A stretch of 64,000 nucleotides of DNA from Nitrospirota bacterium (GCA_963663225.1 OY760142.1:2336001-2400000), one strand, 5' to 3'; positions 8,045 to 19,136 are shown, counted from the first letter of the stretch. The notes: generated from the sequence alone by a model not told the origin. Made by a program: numbers and translations.

Positions 8045-10360
8045 GTGCATAAAAACCTCATGGCCGTGGGAGCATGGCTCATGCTGTTTATCGCAGCAAT
8101 TGTGTTTCCCTGTGCGGCGCAAGACACAAAAATTACGCTGATTGAGATTCAGGGAAACAAGAGAATTGAAACGGCGACAATCCTCGCAAAGCTCAGATCG
8201 AAAGAAGGCGATTTTTTTTCTCCCTCCCTTATCAAGGAAGACATCAAGGCACTCTATCAACTTGGTCATTTCGAGGATGTCCAGGTAAAAACCGAGGGTT
8301 TTGAAAGCGGCCTCAAAATTATCTTCTCGCTAAAAGAGAAACCGCTCATCCGGGAAATAATCTATGAGGGCAACGATGAGGTGTCGCTGGAAACCCTGAA
8401 GGAAGGCATCACCTTATTGCCGAGGACGGCGTACAACCAGCAGTTGATTAATGAAAATGCCGAGAAACTGCGGCTCAAGTACCAGGACAAGGGCTTTTAT
8501 GAAGCCGTCGTGGTGCCCGTAGTTACCGAGCTTCGCAACGGCGACAGAAACGTTACATTTTATATAGAAGAAGGCAAAAAGGTAAAATTATCTGATGTCG
8601 TTATTACAGGAAACACTGCACTGACATCAAAAGAGATAAAAGACGCTTTAAAGAACCAGGAATGGTGGATATTTTCTTTTTTTGGACACAGCGGCGCATT
8701 AAGGACGGACGAGCTCAAGGAAGATGTTGAAACCATTAAGAACCTTTACTTCAACAAGGGCTATATCCAGGTGCAGGTGGATGACCCGGTCATTGAGTTC
8801 AAAGACAAGAAAAAGAAAAACAAGCTTGTTTTGCGCTTCAATGTTAAGGAAGGCGACCAATTCCGTGTTGGTTCAGTAACATTCAAAGGGAATTCCATAA
8901 TTTCGAGCAGTGAACTCACGAAAGAGGTCAAACTGAAACCCGGTGATGTATTCAGCAGAGACTTGCTTCGGCATGATGTTAGCAGAGTTATGGATCGCTA
9001 CGACGGAATTGCCCGTCCGTTTGCCAGTGTTATCCCGCAGTTTAACATTGATTCCGCTAGAAAAACGGTCGCGCTCACGATGGAAATTCAAGAAGGCGGG
9101 GAAGTACGAATCGGCAGGATTGAAATTACCGGCAACCCAAAGACCCGCGACAAGGTCATCCGGCGGGAAATACGTCTTGACGAAGGAGATCTTTACAGCA
9201 AAAAAGCACTTAAGAGAAGCTATGACCGGATCAACAACCTTAACTTTTTCGAAAGCGTCGACATCGTCCCTGAGCGCAGACAAGATTCGATCATGGATCT
9301 GAACGTCAAGGTCAAGGAAAAATCAACCGGCATGATAAGCGTCGGCGGAGGTTACAGTTCGGTCGATAAAATGATGGGCATGATCGAGTTCACGCAGGGC
9401 AATCTTTTCGGTCGCGGCCAGCTTCTCAAGATCAAAGCACAGGTTGCCATGGCTGGGACGACCAATCAATATATGTTTAGCTTTGTTGAGCCCTATCTTT
9501 TTGACAAACAAATCTCCGGCAGAGTTGATCTTTACTCGCAGACCACAGAGTATGACGGTTATAACGCCAAATCAAAGGGTTTTGGGCTGTCAATCGGAAA
9601 AACCTTCGGAGAATATGTTTCTACTTCGCTCAAATACGGACTGGATAGTACAAAATATACTTTATCAACAGAAAACTCTGACACTCCCCCGAACGATATT
9701 AAAACTCTCATTAATGACTATGGGGATGGAGACCCCAACAGTGCCACGATTATGACGAGTTCGGTAACATGGAGCATCTCCAGAGATTCGAGGGATTATT
9801 ATCTCGATCCCAAAACAGGTTCAAGAAACAGTTTCTTCGTCCAATATGCAGGCGGTCCGCTCGGGGGGGATCCAAATTTCTATAAAACGGTAATCGATTC
9901 CGCCTGGTACTATCCACTGTTTTGGGACACCGTTTTTATGGTCCGCGGCAGGTTCGGATATATGGAATCACTCATTGATAAGCCTGTACCGTTAACCGAG
10001 CGGTTTTTTGTGGGCGGTCCCGGCAGTGTCCGTGGCTTCCAATATGGAGGCGCAGGCCCCATTGATGATACCGGTAATCGGCTCGGCGGAACTAAAGAGC
10101 TTATTTTTAATTTTGAATACAATTTCCCGTTGTATCCGGCCGCGAGGCTAAAAGGTCTTGTATTCTATGACATTGGAAGGGCTTTTGGCATAGAACCGTT
10201 CAGGTCCTTTAAAATAGAGGATTTGGCACATTCTTATGGATTCGGTATTTACTGGCTTTCACCGTTCGGTCCGCTTAAGTTCGAATTCGGTTTCCCGTTA
10301 AAGAAAAATTCAACAGACAAATTGAGTTCGTTTGATTTTTCGATTGGTTCACAGTTCTAG
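8045..10360 (+). CDS. bamA: Outer membrane protein assembly factor BamA
   Basis: Signal peptide; POTRA repeats (GN.R.., TRDKVIRRE); VRGF motif; SPFGPL; C-terminal F. Confidence 0.96.
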   Translation: MHKNLMAVGAWLMLFIAAIVFPCAAQDTKITLIEIQGNKRIETATILAKLRSKEGDFFSPSLIKEDIKALYQLGHFEDVQVKTEGFESGLKIIFSLKEKPLIREIIYEGNDEVSLETLKEGITLLPRTAYNQQLINENAEKLRLKYQDKGFYEAVVVPVVTELRNGDRNVTFYIEEGKKVKLSDVVITGNTALTSKEIKDALKNQEWWIFSFFGHSGALRTDELKEDVETIKNLYFNKGYIQVQVDDPVIEFKDKKKKNKLVLRFNVKEGDQFRVGSVTFKGNSIISSSELTKEVKLKPGDVFSRDLLRHDVSRVMDRYDGIARPFASVIPQFNIDSARKTVALTMEIQEGGEVRIGRIEITGNPKTRDKVIRREIRLDEGDLYSKKALKRSYDRINNLNFFESVDIVPERRQDSIMDLNVKVKEKSTGMISVGGGYSSVDKMMGMIEFTQGNLFGRGQLLKIKAQVAMAGTTNQYMFSFVEPYLFDKQISGRVDLYSQTTEYDGYNAKSKGFGLSIGKTFGEYVSTSLKYGLDSTKYTLSTENSDTPPNDIKTLINDYGDGDPNSATIMTSSVTWSISRDSRDYYLDPKTGSRNSFFVQYAGGPLGGDPNFYKTVIDSAWYYPLFWDTVFMVRGRFGYMESLIDKPVPLTERFFVGGPGSVRGFQYGGAGPIDDTGNRLGGTKELIFNFEYNFPLYPAARLKGLVFYDIGRAFGIEPFRSFKIEDLAHSYGFGIYWLSPFGPLKFEFGFPLKKNSTDKLSSFDFSIGSQF

Positions 10361-10461
10361 CAGCGTTTGTTCCTAGATGACGGGCTTACCAAGGGAGTAT
10401 CTTCGATAATGTACTGATCGGCAAGGTAGTAATGATTGTAACTATTCAGGGAGGTATCACA

Positions 10462-11010
10462 ATGAAAAAAGTAGCAGTGGCGTGCGCCATGGTTCTGATG
10501 CTGACGACGGGTGCCATGGCAGGAGACGGAAAGACGGCGTATGTTGACACTCAGGCTGTTTTTGAGAAGACCAGTCTGGGCAAAAAATATCAGGGTATTG
10601 TACGGGAATATTATGAAAGCCGCAAGAAAATTTTGGACACGGATGCCGCGGAAATACAAAAACTGCAGGAAGAATACGGCAAGCAAAAACAGGCAAAACT
10701 GCTGAACGAAAAGGCACAGAAAAGCAAAGAAGAGGTGATCAACCGCAAAATCAACGAATTCCAGAAAAAACGCGATGAATTCGGGGCGGAAATAGGGAAA
10801 AAGAATGAGGAATTGTCAACTGAGTTCAGCCAAAAGATGCAGGAAATTATTAAAGCGGTAGCCAAAAAGGAAAAGGTATCGCTGGTGCTGACAAAGGGCA
10901 TTAATATCATGTCAAAGTCAGAAGTTCCATCAGTCTTATATGCAGAGGATGAACTGGATCTTACAGAAAAGATTGTTGCTGAAATGAACAAAAGAGAGCC
11001 GGGAAAATAA
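10462..11010 (+). CDS. skp: Skp/OmpH periplasmic chaperone
   Basis: GGAGG SD; signal peptide; AYVD; coiled coil; DLT..IV end; position between bamA and lpxD. Confidence 0.88.
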   Translation: MKKVAVACAMVLMLTTGAMAGDGKTAYVDTQAVFEKTSLGKKYQGIVREYYESRKKILDTDAAEIQKLQEEYGKQKQAKLLNEKAQKSKEEVINRKINEFQKKRDEFGAEIGKKNEELSTEFSQKMQEIIKAVAKKEKVSLVLTKGINIMSKSEVPSVLYAEDELDLTEKIVAEMNKREPGK

Positions 11011-11048
11011 CAGAGGGGTGAATCCTTGCAGCAAAGGGGATTGTAACG

Positions 11049-12077
11049 ATGAAACTTAAAGATCTGGCTGACAAACTTGGCGCTCAACTGGACGGTGCAG
11101 GAGAAGTAGAAATTACTGGTGCGATCGGCCTCCTTGAAGCAGGAACAGGGCATATTACTTTTTTTGAAGGAAAAAACTTCAAACAACTGGATCAAGTGCG
11201 TGCCTCGGCTGTTCTTGTGCCTTTGGACGCACCGAAATTCCCTTTTGCGGTACTGCGCGTTAAAAATCCGCGGCTGGCTTTTGCCCGGGTGCTTGAAATA
11301 TTTTACGTCAAACCGCATCAGTCGCTTGGTATAAGCAAACAGGCGGTAGTTGGCCAGAATGTCGTTATCGGTTCGGAAGCGACGCTGCATCCGTTCGTGG
11401 TGGTTGCAGATGACGTGCGAATCGGCAATCGGGTGACTCTCTACCCCGGTGTTTACGTGGGACAGGGATCAATAATAGATGACGACTGTATTGTCTATCC
11501 GAATGCGGTCATACGGGAAGGTACCCGCATCGGCAAACGGGTAATTATCCATGCGGGAGCGACAATCGGCAGCGACGGATTCGGATTTGTTACGGATGGC
11601 GGGAAACATCACAAAATACCGCAAGTAGGCGGAGTGGTTGTTGAAGATGACGTGGAAATTGGCGCCAATACGACGGTAGATCGCGCGACGCTGGGCAACA
11701 CCCTGATCAAACAGGGGACCAAAATCGACAATCTGGTGCAGATTGCCCATAACGTTACCATTGGGGAGCACTGTTTCCTCATGTCCCAGGTCGGGATTGC
11801 CGGGAGCTGCACGATCGGCAATTATGTTGTTCTGGCTGGTCAGGTCGGACTGGCTGACCATATCACGATCGGCGACCGCGCCATGGTCGGCGCCAAGTCG
11901 GGTATTATGAGAGACATCAAGGCAGGTCAAATAGCGGCAGGAAGCCCCGCCTTGCCGCATAAAGAGTGGGCTAAGGTGTACTCTGTTCTGCCGAAATTGC
12001 CAGAGCTCAGAAGGCATATTATGGATCTTGAAAAACAGGTGCTTGAGTTAAAACAACAGGTAGCAGAGCATAAATAG
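11049..12077 (+). CDS. lpxD: UDP-3-O-acylglucosamine N-acyltransferase
   Basis: Hexapeptide repeats; IGSDGFG; [10 protein letters not shown]. Confidence 0.96.
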   Translation: MKLKDLADKLGAQLDGAGEVEITGAIGLLEAGTGHITFFEGKNFKQLDQVRASAVLVPLDAPKFPFAVLRVKNPRLAFARVLEIFYVKPHQSLGISKQAVVGQNVVIGSEATLHPFVVVADDVRIGNRVTLYPGVYVGQGSIIDDDCIVYPNAVIREGTRIGKRVIIHAGATIGSDGFGFVTDGGKHHKIPQVGGVVVEDDVEIGANTTVDRATLGNTLIKQGTKIDNLVQIAHNVTIGEHCFLMSQVGIAGSCTIGNYVVLAGQVGLADHITIGDRAMVGAKSGIMRDIKAGQIAAGSPALPHKEWAKVYSVLPKLPELRRHIMDLEKQVLELKQQVAEHK

Positions 12078-12093
12078 AGAGGAGGACCGCCTT

Positions 12094-12531
12094 ATGTTTG
12101 ACATTAATGAGATTATCAAAACTCTTCCTCACCGGTATCCTTTTCTTCTTGTCGACCGGATATTGGAATTTGAAAAAGGCAAACGAATTGTAGGGTTGAA
12201 GAACGTAACGATCAACGAGCCGTTCTTTCAGGGACACTTCCCCGGTCATCCCATCATGCCGGGAGTGCTGCTCCTTGAGGCCATGGCACAGACGGGAGGG
12301 GTTCTTGCTTTGAAATCCCAACCGGAACATGATGTCCAGAACAAAGTGATTTATTTTATGAGCATTGACAAGGCAAAGTTCCGCAAGCCTGTTGTGCCGG
12401 GGGATCAGGTCCGATTTGAACTCGACATCATCAAGCATCGCGGCAATATAACCGGACTGAAGGCAGTTGCGAAAGTTGACGGCGCAGTAGTAGCAGAAGC
12501 TGAAATGATGGCTATGATCGTAGACAAATAA
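12094..12531 (+). CDS. fabZ: 3-hydroxyacyl-ACP dehydratase
   Basis: LPHRYPFLLVD; FFQGHFP; PIMPGVL. Confidence 0.96.
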   Translation: MFDINEIIKTLPHRYPFLLVDRILEFEKGKRIVGLKNVTINEPFFQGHFPGHPIMPGVLLLEAMAQTGGVLALKSQPEHDVQNKVIYFMSIDKAKFRKPVVPGDQVRFELDIIKHRGNITGLKAVAKVDGAVVAEAEMMAMIVDK

Positions 12532-12548
12532 AATTAGAGGAGCAGATT

Positions 12549-13322
12549 GTGAACATACATCCGACGGCATTAGTACATCCGAATGCAAAACTGGCCGAGG
12601 GAGTGGAAATAGGCCCTTATTCGTCGATTGGCGAGCACGTGACGATCGGCAAAGATACAAAAATTGCGGCGCATGTGGTGATTGAAGGGTGGACCACCAT
12701 CGGCGAGAGAAACCATATTTATCCATTTTCGAGTGTTGGCATGCCACCGCAGGACATCGGCTACAAAGAAGAAGAAACATCCCTCATCATCGGCGATGAT
12801 AATATCATCAGAGAATGCGCCACGATACATCGGGCCACCACCAAAGAGGATCGAAAAACGGTGATTGGCAACAAAAATTTTCTCATGGCCTATTCGCATG
12901 TTGCGCATGACTGCAAACTGGGAAGTAATATCATTATGGCAAACTCCGTGGCACTCGGCGGCCATATTGTCATTGAAGATTATGCCATTATCGGCGGTAT
13001 TGTGTGCGTGCACCAATTTGTGAGGATCGGGTCCTATTGCATGATCGGCGGAGGGTCTGCGGTATCCCTTGATATTCCTCCCTATGTCAGCGCAGCAGGA
13101 AACCATGCGACGTTATACGGCTTGAATTTGATCGGACTCAAACGGAGGGGATTTGGAGAAGAGGCAATCAGCAATATTAAAAAAGCATACAAACTCATTT
13201 TCCGATCGGGATTGACGCTCGAGGAATCAATCAAAAAAACGTCGGCGGAAATTCCGGATGCAAAAGAAGTTCGGCATCTGCTCAATTTTATCCGCGGAAC
13301 TCGACGAGGAATAACACGATAA
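12549..13322 (+). CDS. lpxA: UDP-GlcNAc(3N) acyltransferase
   Basis: IHPTA; hexapeptide repeats; SHVAHDC; HQFVRIG; GLKRRGF. Confidence 0.96.
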   Translation: MNIHPTALVHPNAKLAEGVEIGPYSSIGEHVTIGKDTKIAAHVVIEGWTTIGERNHIYPFSSVGMPPQDIGYKEEETSLIIGDDNIIRECATIHRATTKEDRKTVIGNKNFLMAYSHVAHDCKLGSNIIMANSVALGGHIVIEDYAIIGGIVCVHQFVRIGSYCMIGGGSAVSLDIPPYVSAAGNHATLYGLNLIGLKRRGFGEEAISNIKKAYKLIFRSGLTLEESIKKTSAEIPDAKEVRHLLNFIRGTRRGITR

Positions 13323-13329
13323 ACAGCTT

Positions 13330-14148
13330 ATGAAGATAGGTCTAATCGCAGGGAACGGCAGGTTCCCGATCATTTTTGCGCAGGCGGCAAAGCAAAAAGG
13401 AATGCAGGTCATCGCGGTGGCGCATGAAGGCGAAACATCGCCTGAGCTTTCGCAGTGGGTGGACGGCATTTTCTGGATCAAGGTCGGCCAGCTCGGCAAG
13501 ATCATTTCCATTTTTAAAGAACAGCAGGTAAGCGACGTGATGATGGCCGGCGGCATCAAAAAGACGCACCTCTTTTCAGGAGCCATGCCCGATTTGCGGG
13601 GCATAGCCTTCCTTACCAAAATGATTCATAAAAAAGACGATTCCATTTTACGGGCTGTTGCCGCTGAGCTGGAATCTGAAGGCATTACGGTGAGGGAATC
13701 AACCCAGTATCTTGACAGTATCCTGGCTGCGCCCGGTGTTTTGACAAAAAGAAAACCGTCAAAGGACGAACATAAGGACATCGACTTCGGCTGGCAGATA
13801 GCAAAAGAGGTCGGCAGACTTGATATCGGCCAGACGGTGCTTGTGAAAGACCAGGCCGTGCTCGCCGTGGAGGCGATTGAGGGGACAGACGAAACCATCC
13901 GCCGGGGGGGGCTTTTGTGCAAGAAAGGGGCAGTTGTGGTCAAAGTCTGCAAACCCAACCAGGATTTGCGGTTCGACCTCCCTGCTATCGGCACGCAGAC
14001 TATTAAAAGCATGGAGCAGGTCAAGGCATCCTGTCTTGCCATTGAGGCGGGAAAAACCATTATTATCGATCGGGAAGCCGTCGTGCGCGATGCTGACCGG
14101 GCGGGTATTGCCGTTATAGCAATACAGGACATAGGTGAAAACATATGA
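13330..14148 (+). CDS. lpxI: UDP-2,3-diacylglucosamine hydrolase LpxI
   Basis: GLIAGNG.FP; DIGQT; AVEAIEGTD; QDLRFDLP. Confidence 0.93.
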   Translation: MKIGLIAGNGRFPIIFAQAAKQKGMQVIAVAHEGETSPELSQWVDGIFWIKVGQLGKIISIFKEQQVSDVMMAGGIKKTHLFSGAMPDLRGIAFLTKMIHKKDDSILRAVAAELESEGITVRESTQYLDSILAAPGVLTKRKPSKDEHKDIDFGWQIAKEVGRLDIGQTVLVKDQAVLAVEAIEGTDETIRRGGLLCKKGAVVVKVCKPNQDLRFDLPAIGTQTIKSMEQVKASCLAIEAGKTIIIDREAVVRDADRAGIAVIAIQDIGENI

Positions 14149-15095
14149 AAAAAATCAAAGTCGGCGTGATCGGCGTGGGCTATCTGGGACAGTTCCATGC
14201 TGAAAAATATGCTGGCATCCCGGATGCGGAGCTTGTCGGCGTTGTTGATGCGGATGGTGCCCGTGCCGTCCAGATAGCAAACAAGCTGCAGACCCGTGCT
14301 TTTTCCTTGCCGTCGGATTTGCTCGGGAAAGTAGATGCGGTGAATATCGTCGTCCCGACAACCCTGCACTACGGGGTCGCGAAGCAATTTTTGGAACAGA
14401 GCATCCATGTTCTTCTCGAAAAACCGATGTGTGTGACTTCCGAGCAGGCTGATGAGCTCAACAGTCTTGCTGCCCGTCAAGGTGTGATTTTGCAAATCGG
14501 TCACATAGAACGGTTCAATCCTGCCGTCATCGCAATAAAGAAGATGCTGGGTACTCCGCGCTACCTGACCTCAGAGCGCATGGCCCCTTTTACAGTCCGC
14601 TGTACGGATGTCAATGTGGTGCTGGATCTCATGATCCATGATCTTGACATTGTCTCGGACCTTTCAGAATCAGAACCGGAGAAAGTCAGCGCTGTAGGTG
14701 CATCAGTCATTACCAGAGAGATTGACGCGGCGTCAGCCCGTATTGTCTTTCGAAACGGATGCATTGCCGACGTTGTTGCCAGCAGGGTATCGGATGAAAA
14801 AAAACGTGTTCTGCGGGCATTCGATGAAGACAAAGTTCTTTTTGCCGACTACCAGACACAAAAAGCGATAGTATCGCGCAGAGGAGGCAATGCTGTTCCG
14901 GAGCTGATATCGCAGGATATCTCCCTGGAACGGCGCGATACGCTCAATGAAGAAATCAAGGCTTTCATCGCCAGTATCCAAACCAATACGCGCCCGCTGG
15001 TGTCAGGCATCGAAGGGAAAAGAGCTCTGACGCTCGCGCGGCTGATTACCGAAAATATTGAAAAAGGCATTACCGGTCTTGTTCCGGTGCCGTAG
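14145..15095 (+). CDS. gnnA: Gfo/Idh/MocA oxidoreductase; UDP-GlcNAc 3-dehydrogenase GnnA-like
   Basis: GVGYLG; EKP; GHIERFNP; DLMIHD; lies between lpxA/lpxI and lpxB. Confidence 0.8.
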   Translation: MKKIKVGVIGVGYLGQFHAEKYAGIPDAELVGVVDADGARAVQIANKLQTRAFSLPSDLLGKVDAVNIVVPTTLHYGVAKQFLEQSIHVLLEKPMCVTSEQADELNSLAARQGVILQIGHIERFNPAVIAIKKMLGTPRYLTSERMAPFTVRCTDVNVVLDLMIHDLDIVSDLSESEPEKVSAVGASVITREIDAASARIVFRNGCIADVVASRVSDEKKRVLRAFDEDKVLFADYQTQKAIVSRRGGNAVPELISQDISLERRDTLNEEIKAFIASIQTNTRPLVSGIEGKRALTLARLITENIEKGITGLVPVP

Positions 15096-15112
15096 AGAGG
15101 AGCTTTATTATT

Positions 15113-16213
15113 ATGACAGTACCTATGGTTGACTTGAAAATACAATATGAAGCGTTAAAAGAGGAAATCAATGCGGCCGTTCTGGGTGTTATGCAAAGCA
15201 CGCAATTCATCCTCGGCCCCCACGGAAAAGCCCTCGAAGAGGAGGTGGCCAGGTACCACGGGGTGAAGCATGCCGTATCCGTGGCCTCGGGAACAGACGC
15301 GCTCCATCTTGCGCTTCGTGCTGCGGGAATACAGCAGGGCGATGAGGTAATTACCACGGCCTTCACGTTTATCGCAACTGCTGAAGCGGTATCGTATCTT
15401 GGCGCCGTACCGGTGTTTATAGATATCGATCCCGCCACCTTTAATATGGATGTCTCAAAAATTGAAGCGGCTATTACCAAAAAGACGAAGGCCATACTTC
15501 CGGTGCATCTGTACGGACAGCCGGTGGACATGGATGGTTTGATGCAGGTTGCCAAAAAACACGGTCTCAAGGTTATTGAGGACTGCGCACAATCTTTTGG
15601 AGCGGACTATCGTGGAAAAAAGACCGGTACTTTTGGAGAATTCGGCTGTTTCAGTTTCTTCCCGAGCAAGAACCTCGGCGGCTACGGTGATGGCGGCATG
15701 GTGATCACTGATGATGCAAAGCTGGCAGAACATCTGCTGAGTCTGCGAAACCACGGAAGCCATGTCCGATATTACCATGATGAAATCGGATATAACAGCA
15801 GGCTTGATGAGATGCAGGCCGCTATTCTACGCATCAAATTCAAACATATTGAAGAATTCAACACAAAACGCAGAAATAATGCTCATTTGTACGGCACGTA
15901 TCTTTCAGGAAACGGTATTCAGATTCCATCCGAAATGAATGAATCGAAGCATGTTTTCCACCAGTATACCATTAAGATCAAGAACCGGGATGCAGTAAAG
16001 AAAAAACTGGATGATGAAAAAATCACCTCATCCATGATCTACTATCCTGTCCCGCTCCATCTTCAATCCGCGTACAAAAACCTGGGAATGGCCCCTGGAA
16101 GCCTGCCGATGACCGAACAGGTCTCGCATGAAGTGCTGTCGCTTCCCATGTATCCCGAGCTTACCGAGGCGCAGGTCAAACAAGTGTCCGAAGCGGTGAA
16201 AAGAGCGCTCTAG
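15113..16213 (+). CDS. gnnB: DegT-family aminotransferase; GnnB-like
   Basis: SGTDAL; EDCAQ; SFFPSKNLG with catalytic Lys; NSRLD; paired with gnnA. Confidence 0.8.
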   Translation: MTVPMVDLKIQYEALKEEINAAVLGVMQSTQFILGPHGKALEEEVARYHGVKHAVSVASGTDALHLALRAAGIQQGDEVITTAFTFIATAEAVSYLGAVPVFIDIDPATFNMDVSKIEAAITKKTKAILPVHLYGQPVDMDGLMQVAKKHGLKVIEDCAQSFGADYRGKKTGTFGEFGCFSFFPSKNLGGYGDGGMVITDDAKLAEHLLSLRNHGSHVRYYHDEIGYNSRLDEMQAAILRIKFKHIEEFNTKRRNNAHLYGTYLSGNGIQIPSEMNESKHVFHQYTIKIKNRDAVKKKLDDEKITSSMIYYPVPLHLQSAYKNLGMAPGSLPMTEQVSHEVLSLPMYPELTEAQVKQVSEAVKRAL

Positions 16214-16239
16214 CAAGAGATGACAATCAGAAGACCGGC

Positions 16240-17379
16240 ATGAAAAAAGTCATGATTATGTCGGGAGAGGCGTCGGGCGACTTGCACGGCGCAAACCTCG
16301 CGCGTGAACTTCGAAAGCTTGATCCGTCCATCGCCCTGTACGGTGTCGGCAGCAAACACATGCGGGATGCCGGTGTCCAAATGTTTGCGGATGCCTCTGA
16401 AATTTCCGTTGTAGGTGCTGTGGAAGTGCTGACGCATCTGAGCGCCATACTCAGGGTTTTGAACAGATTAAAAAGTTTTTTGAAACAGGAACGCCCCGAT
16501 CTTCTAGTTCTCATAGATTTTCCGGATTTTAACATCAGGCTCGGCAAGGCCGCACGGAAATTGGGCATTCCGATCCTGTATTATATAAGCCCCCAGGTAT
16601 GGGCGTGGCGCAAAGGCCGTATCAAGACGATTGCCGCTTTGGTCAAGGCCATGATCGTGGTCTTTCCCTTTGAGGTGGAGATTTATAAAACTGCCGGTGT
16701 GGATGTGCGGTATGTCGGGCATCCTCTGACTGATATCGTGCAATCCCCCCTGAGCCGGATCGATGCGCGAAAACAACTCGGCCTTGATCCGGAAAAGAAG
16801 ACCGTAGCACTGTTGCCGGGAAGCAGGACGAAGGAAATCACCTATCTTCTTCCTGATATGCTGGCAGCAGGAAAAATTCTGCAAAAACGTTTTCCGGATA
16901 TTCAATTTGTTTTACCGGTTGCGCCCACACTTTCAGAAAACTTTATCCGTACGATTACGAACAAGAGTGGAATTGTCGTAAAACTCATTGATGGCCGGGT
17001 ATACGATGTCCTTCGCGCCTCGGATGCTGCCATGGTAACGTCCGGGACGGCAACCCTTGAAACCGGACTTATGGGCGTACCGATGGTCATTGTTTACCGC
17101 CTTTCCTCCCTGTCCTATCACATAGGCAGACTGCTCATCGATGTCAAACAGATAGGATTGGTGAATATTGTCGCAGGGGAAAAGATAGTGCCTGAACTGG
17201 TTCAACACGACGCAACGCCTGAAAAAATAGCAGCAGCCATGACGGAAATCATGGGCAATCCGGAATATTATAAGCAGATACAGAACAAGCTTGCAGGAGT
17301 TCATGCGCAGCTTGGGGAAACAGGTGCAAGCATACGTGTCGCTTCTATCGTACTGGATTTTCTGAAGGGCATTAACTGA
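16240..17379 (+). CDS. lpxB: Lipid A disaccharide synthase
   Basis: GEASGD; IDFPDFN; PQVWAWR; LLPGSR; SGTATLE. Confidence 0.96.
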   Translation: MKKVMIMSGEASGDLHGANLARELRKLDPSIALYGVGSKHMRDAGVQMFADASEISVVGAVEVLTHLSAILRVLNRLKSFLKQERPDLLVLIDFPDFNIRLGKAARKLGIPILYYISPQVWAWRKGRIKTIAALVKAMIVVFPFEVEIYKTAGVDVRYVGHPLTDIVQSPLSRIDARKQLGLDPEKKTVALLPGSRTKEITYLLPDMLAAGKILQKRFPDIQFVLPVAPTLSENFIRTITNKSGIVVKLIDGRVYDVLRASDAAMVTSGTATLETGLMGVPMVIVYRLSSLSYHIGRLLIDVKQIGLVNIVAGEKIVPELVQHDATPEKIAAAMTEIMGNPEYYKQIQNKLAGVHAQLGETGASIRVASIVLDFLKGIN

Positions 17380-17381
17380 AT

Positions 17382-19136
17382 ATGATTTGGGAAATTTATA
17401 AACGGCTGCTGACCTATTTGAAGCCTTACAAGATGCGTCTTGTCTGGGCGATGGTTTTTATGGTTCTTACAGGTATCCTGACAGCGGCGGAAGCTTATAT
17501 CGTGAAACCGGTCGTGGACAGGGTTTTCCTGGATATTAAGAATAATTTGTTTTTTTTGTATCTTCTGCCGCTGGCGATTATCCTTATCGTTGTTTTAAAG
17601 GGGGCAGCTGCATATGTCCGAGACTATCTGCTCGGTTATATTGGCCAGCGGATCGTAAATGACATACGAGATCAAGTCTATTCCCATTTGACTTCACTGT
17701 CTTTTTCTTTTTACACGCGAACCCCGACCGGAATCCTAATCTCCCGGATTATCAATGATGTGAACCTTGTCCAGGGGTCGCTGACCAGGGCGCCGTCCAG
17801 CGTGGTGCAGGGTGTGGTCACAATCGTGGCATTGAGCGGTTATATTATTTATACGGATTGGAAACTTGCCGCGCTTTCGGTGCTGGCCCTTCCCTTGCTT
17901 GGTGTCGTCTTTTCGAAATTCAGCAGACGGTTCAGGCGGGTAAGCACGCAGATGCAGGAGCAATACGGCGAGATCACCATGCATCTCCATGAAACCATTG
18001 CAGGCATGCGGATTGTAAAAGCGTTCGGCATGGAGGCATATGAAAACAAAAGGTTCGCCCAGAGAAACAAAGCCCTTTTTAATTCGCTTATGCGAGGTAT
18101 CAAGACCAGCGCACTATCGTCTCCCATGATGGAAACAATCAATATGACAAGCATCGCGCTGGTGATCCTCGTGGGCGGTATATGGATCAGCCAGGGCAGG
18201 TTGACCGTGGGAGAATTTTTTTCTTTCTTAACGGCCTTGTATTTAATGTATCGGCCTGTGAAAGATTTGAATAATGTCAATAATATCGTACAGGATGGTG
18301 TGGCTGCAGCGAAGCGCATTTTTGATGTTTTGGACACGAAATCGGAAATCACAGATCGGAACGACGCAGGAACTGCGCCACGTGATTTCAAGACAATTGA
18401 ATTCAGGGACCTTTCATTCAAGTATGAAGATGCCTTTGTGCTGAAAGGAATAAACTTCACAGTCAAAGCTGGTGAAACAATTGCAATTGTGGGCAAGAGC
18501 GGCGGAGGAAAAACCACATTTGTAAACCTTATTCCCCGTTTTTACGATGTTTCTGACGGGGCAATTCTTATTGATGGCCGGGATATTCGCAATGTCACGA
18601 TAAAGTCGCTTCGCTCTTTGATGGCAATCGTCACACAGCAAACGTTTCTGTTTAATGATTCAGTGAAGGAAAATATTTCTTATGGTAATCCGGAGATGCC
18701 TTTCTCTAAAGTGGTTGCCGCCGCACATGCAGCTCATGCGGATGGATTCATACAGTGCCTCCCAAAAGGATACGACACTGTTATCGGCGAATCGGGAATA
18801 AAGCTTTCCGGAGGGCAACGCCAGCGAGTTTCTATCGCGCGTGCACTCCTGAAGAATGCTCCGATTCTCATCCTGGACGAAGCAACGTCTTCTCTCGATA
18901 CGGAGTCAGAGCGTGAAGTGCAGAAAGCGCTCGATGTATTGATGAAGGGAAGGACCAGTTTTGTGATAGCCCATCGGTTATCAACGATTCTTAATGCGGA
19001 CCGGATTATTGTGCTCAAAGACGGCCGCATTGTTGAACAGGGAAAACACCAGGATTTGCTCGCACGGGACGGCGAATACAAAAACCTGTATGAACAGCAG
19101 TTTAGGGACGAATTGCAACCGAAGACAGAAGAGTAA
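17382..19136 (+). CDS. msbA: Lipid A export ABC transporter
   Basis: 6-TM domain plus NBD (GKSGGGKT, LSGGQ, ILDEAT); lpx context. Confidence 0.9.
   Translation: MIWEIYKRLLTYLKPYKMRLVWAMVFMVLTGILTAAEAYIVKPVVDRVFLDIKNNLFFLYLLPLAIILIVVLKGAAAYVRDYLLGYIGQRIVNDIRDQVYSHLTSLSFSFYTRTPTGILISRIINDVNLVQGSLTRAPSSVVQGVVTIVALSGYIIYTDWKLAALSVLALPLLGVVFSKFSRRFRRVSTQMQEQYGEITMHLHETIAGMRIVKAFGMEAYENKRFAQRNKALFNSLMRGIKTSALSSPMMETINMTSIALVILVGGIWISQGRLTVGEFFSFLTALYLMYRPVKDLNNVNNIVQDGVAAAKRIFDVLDTKSEITDRNDAGTAPRDFKTIEFRDLSFKYEDAFVLKGINFTVKAGETIAIVGKSGGGKTTFVNLIPRFYDVSDGAILIDGRDIRNVTIKSLRSLMAIVTQQTFLFNDSVKENISYGNPEMPFSKVVAAAHAAHADGFIQCLPKGYDTVIGESGIKLSGGQRQRVSIARALLKNAPILILDEATSSLDTESEREVQKALDVLMKGRTSFVIAHRLSTILNADRIIVLKDGRIVEQGKHQDLLARDGEYKNLYEQQFRDELQPKTEE

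Noticed and set aside
13904-13911. G8 tract in lpxI as a phase-variation switch
   Set aside because: Short, in frame (Arg-Gly-Gly) and in a probably essential gene.
10611-14504. Long antisense ORFs (259, 253 and 292 aa)
   Set aside because: They are shadows of skp/lpxD/fabZ/lpxI/gnnA with no recognisable motifs.
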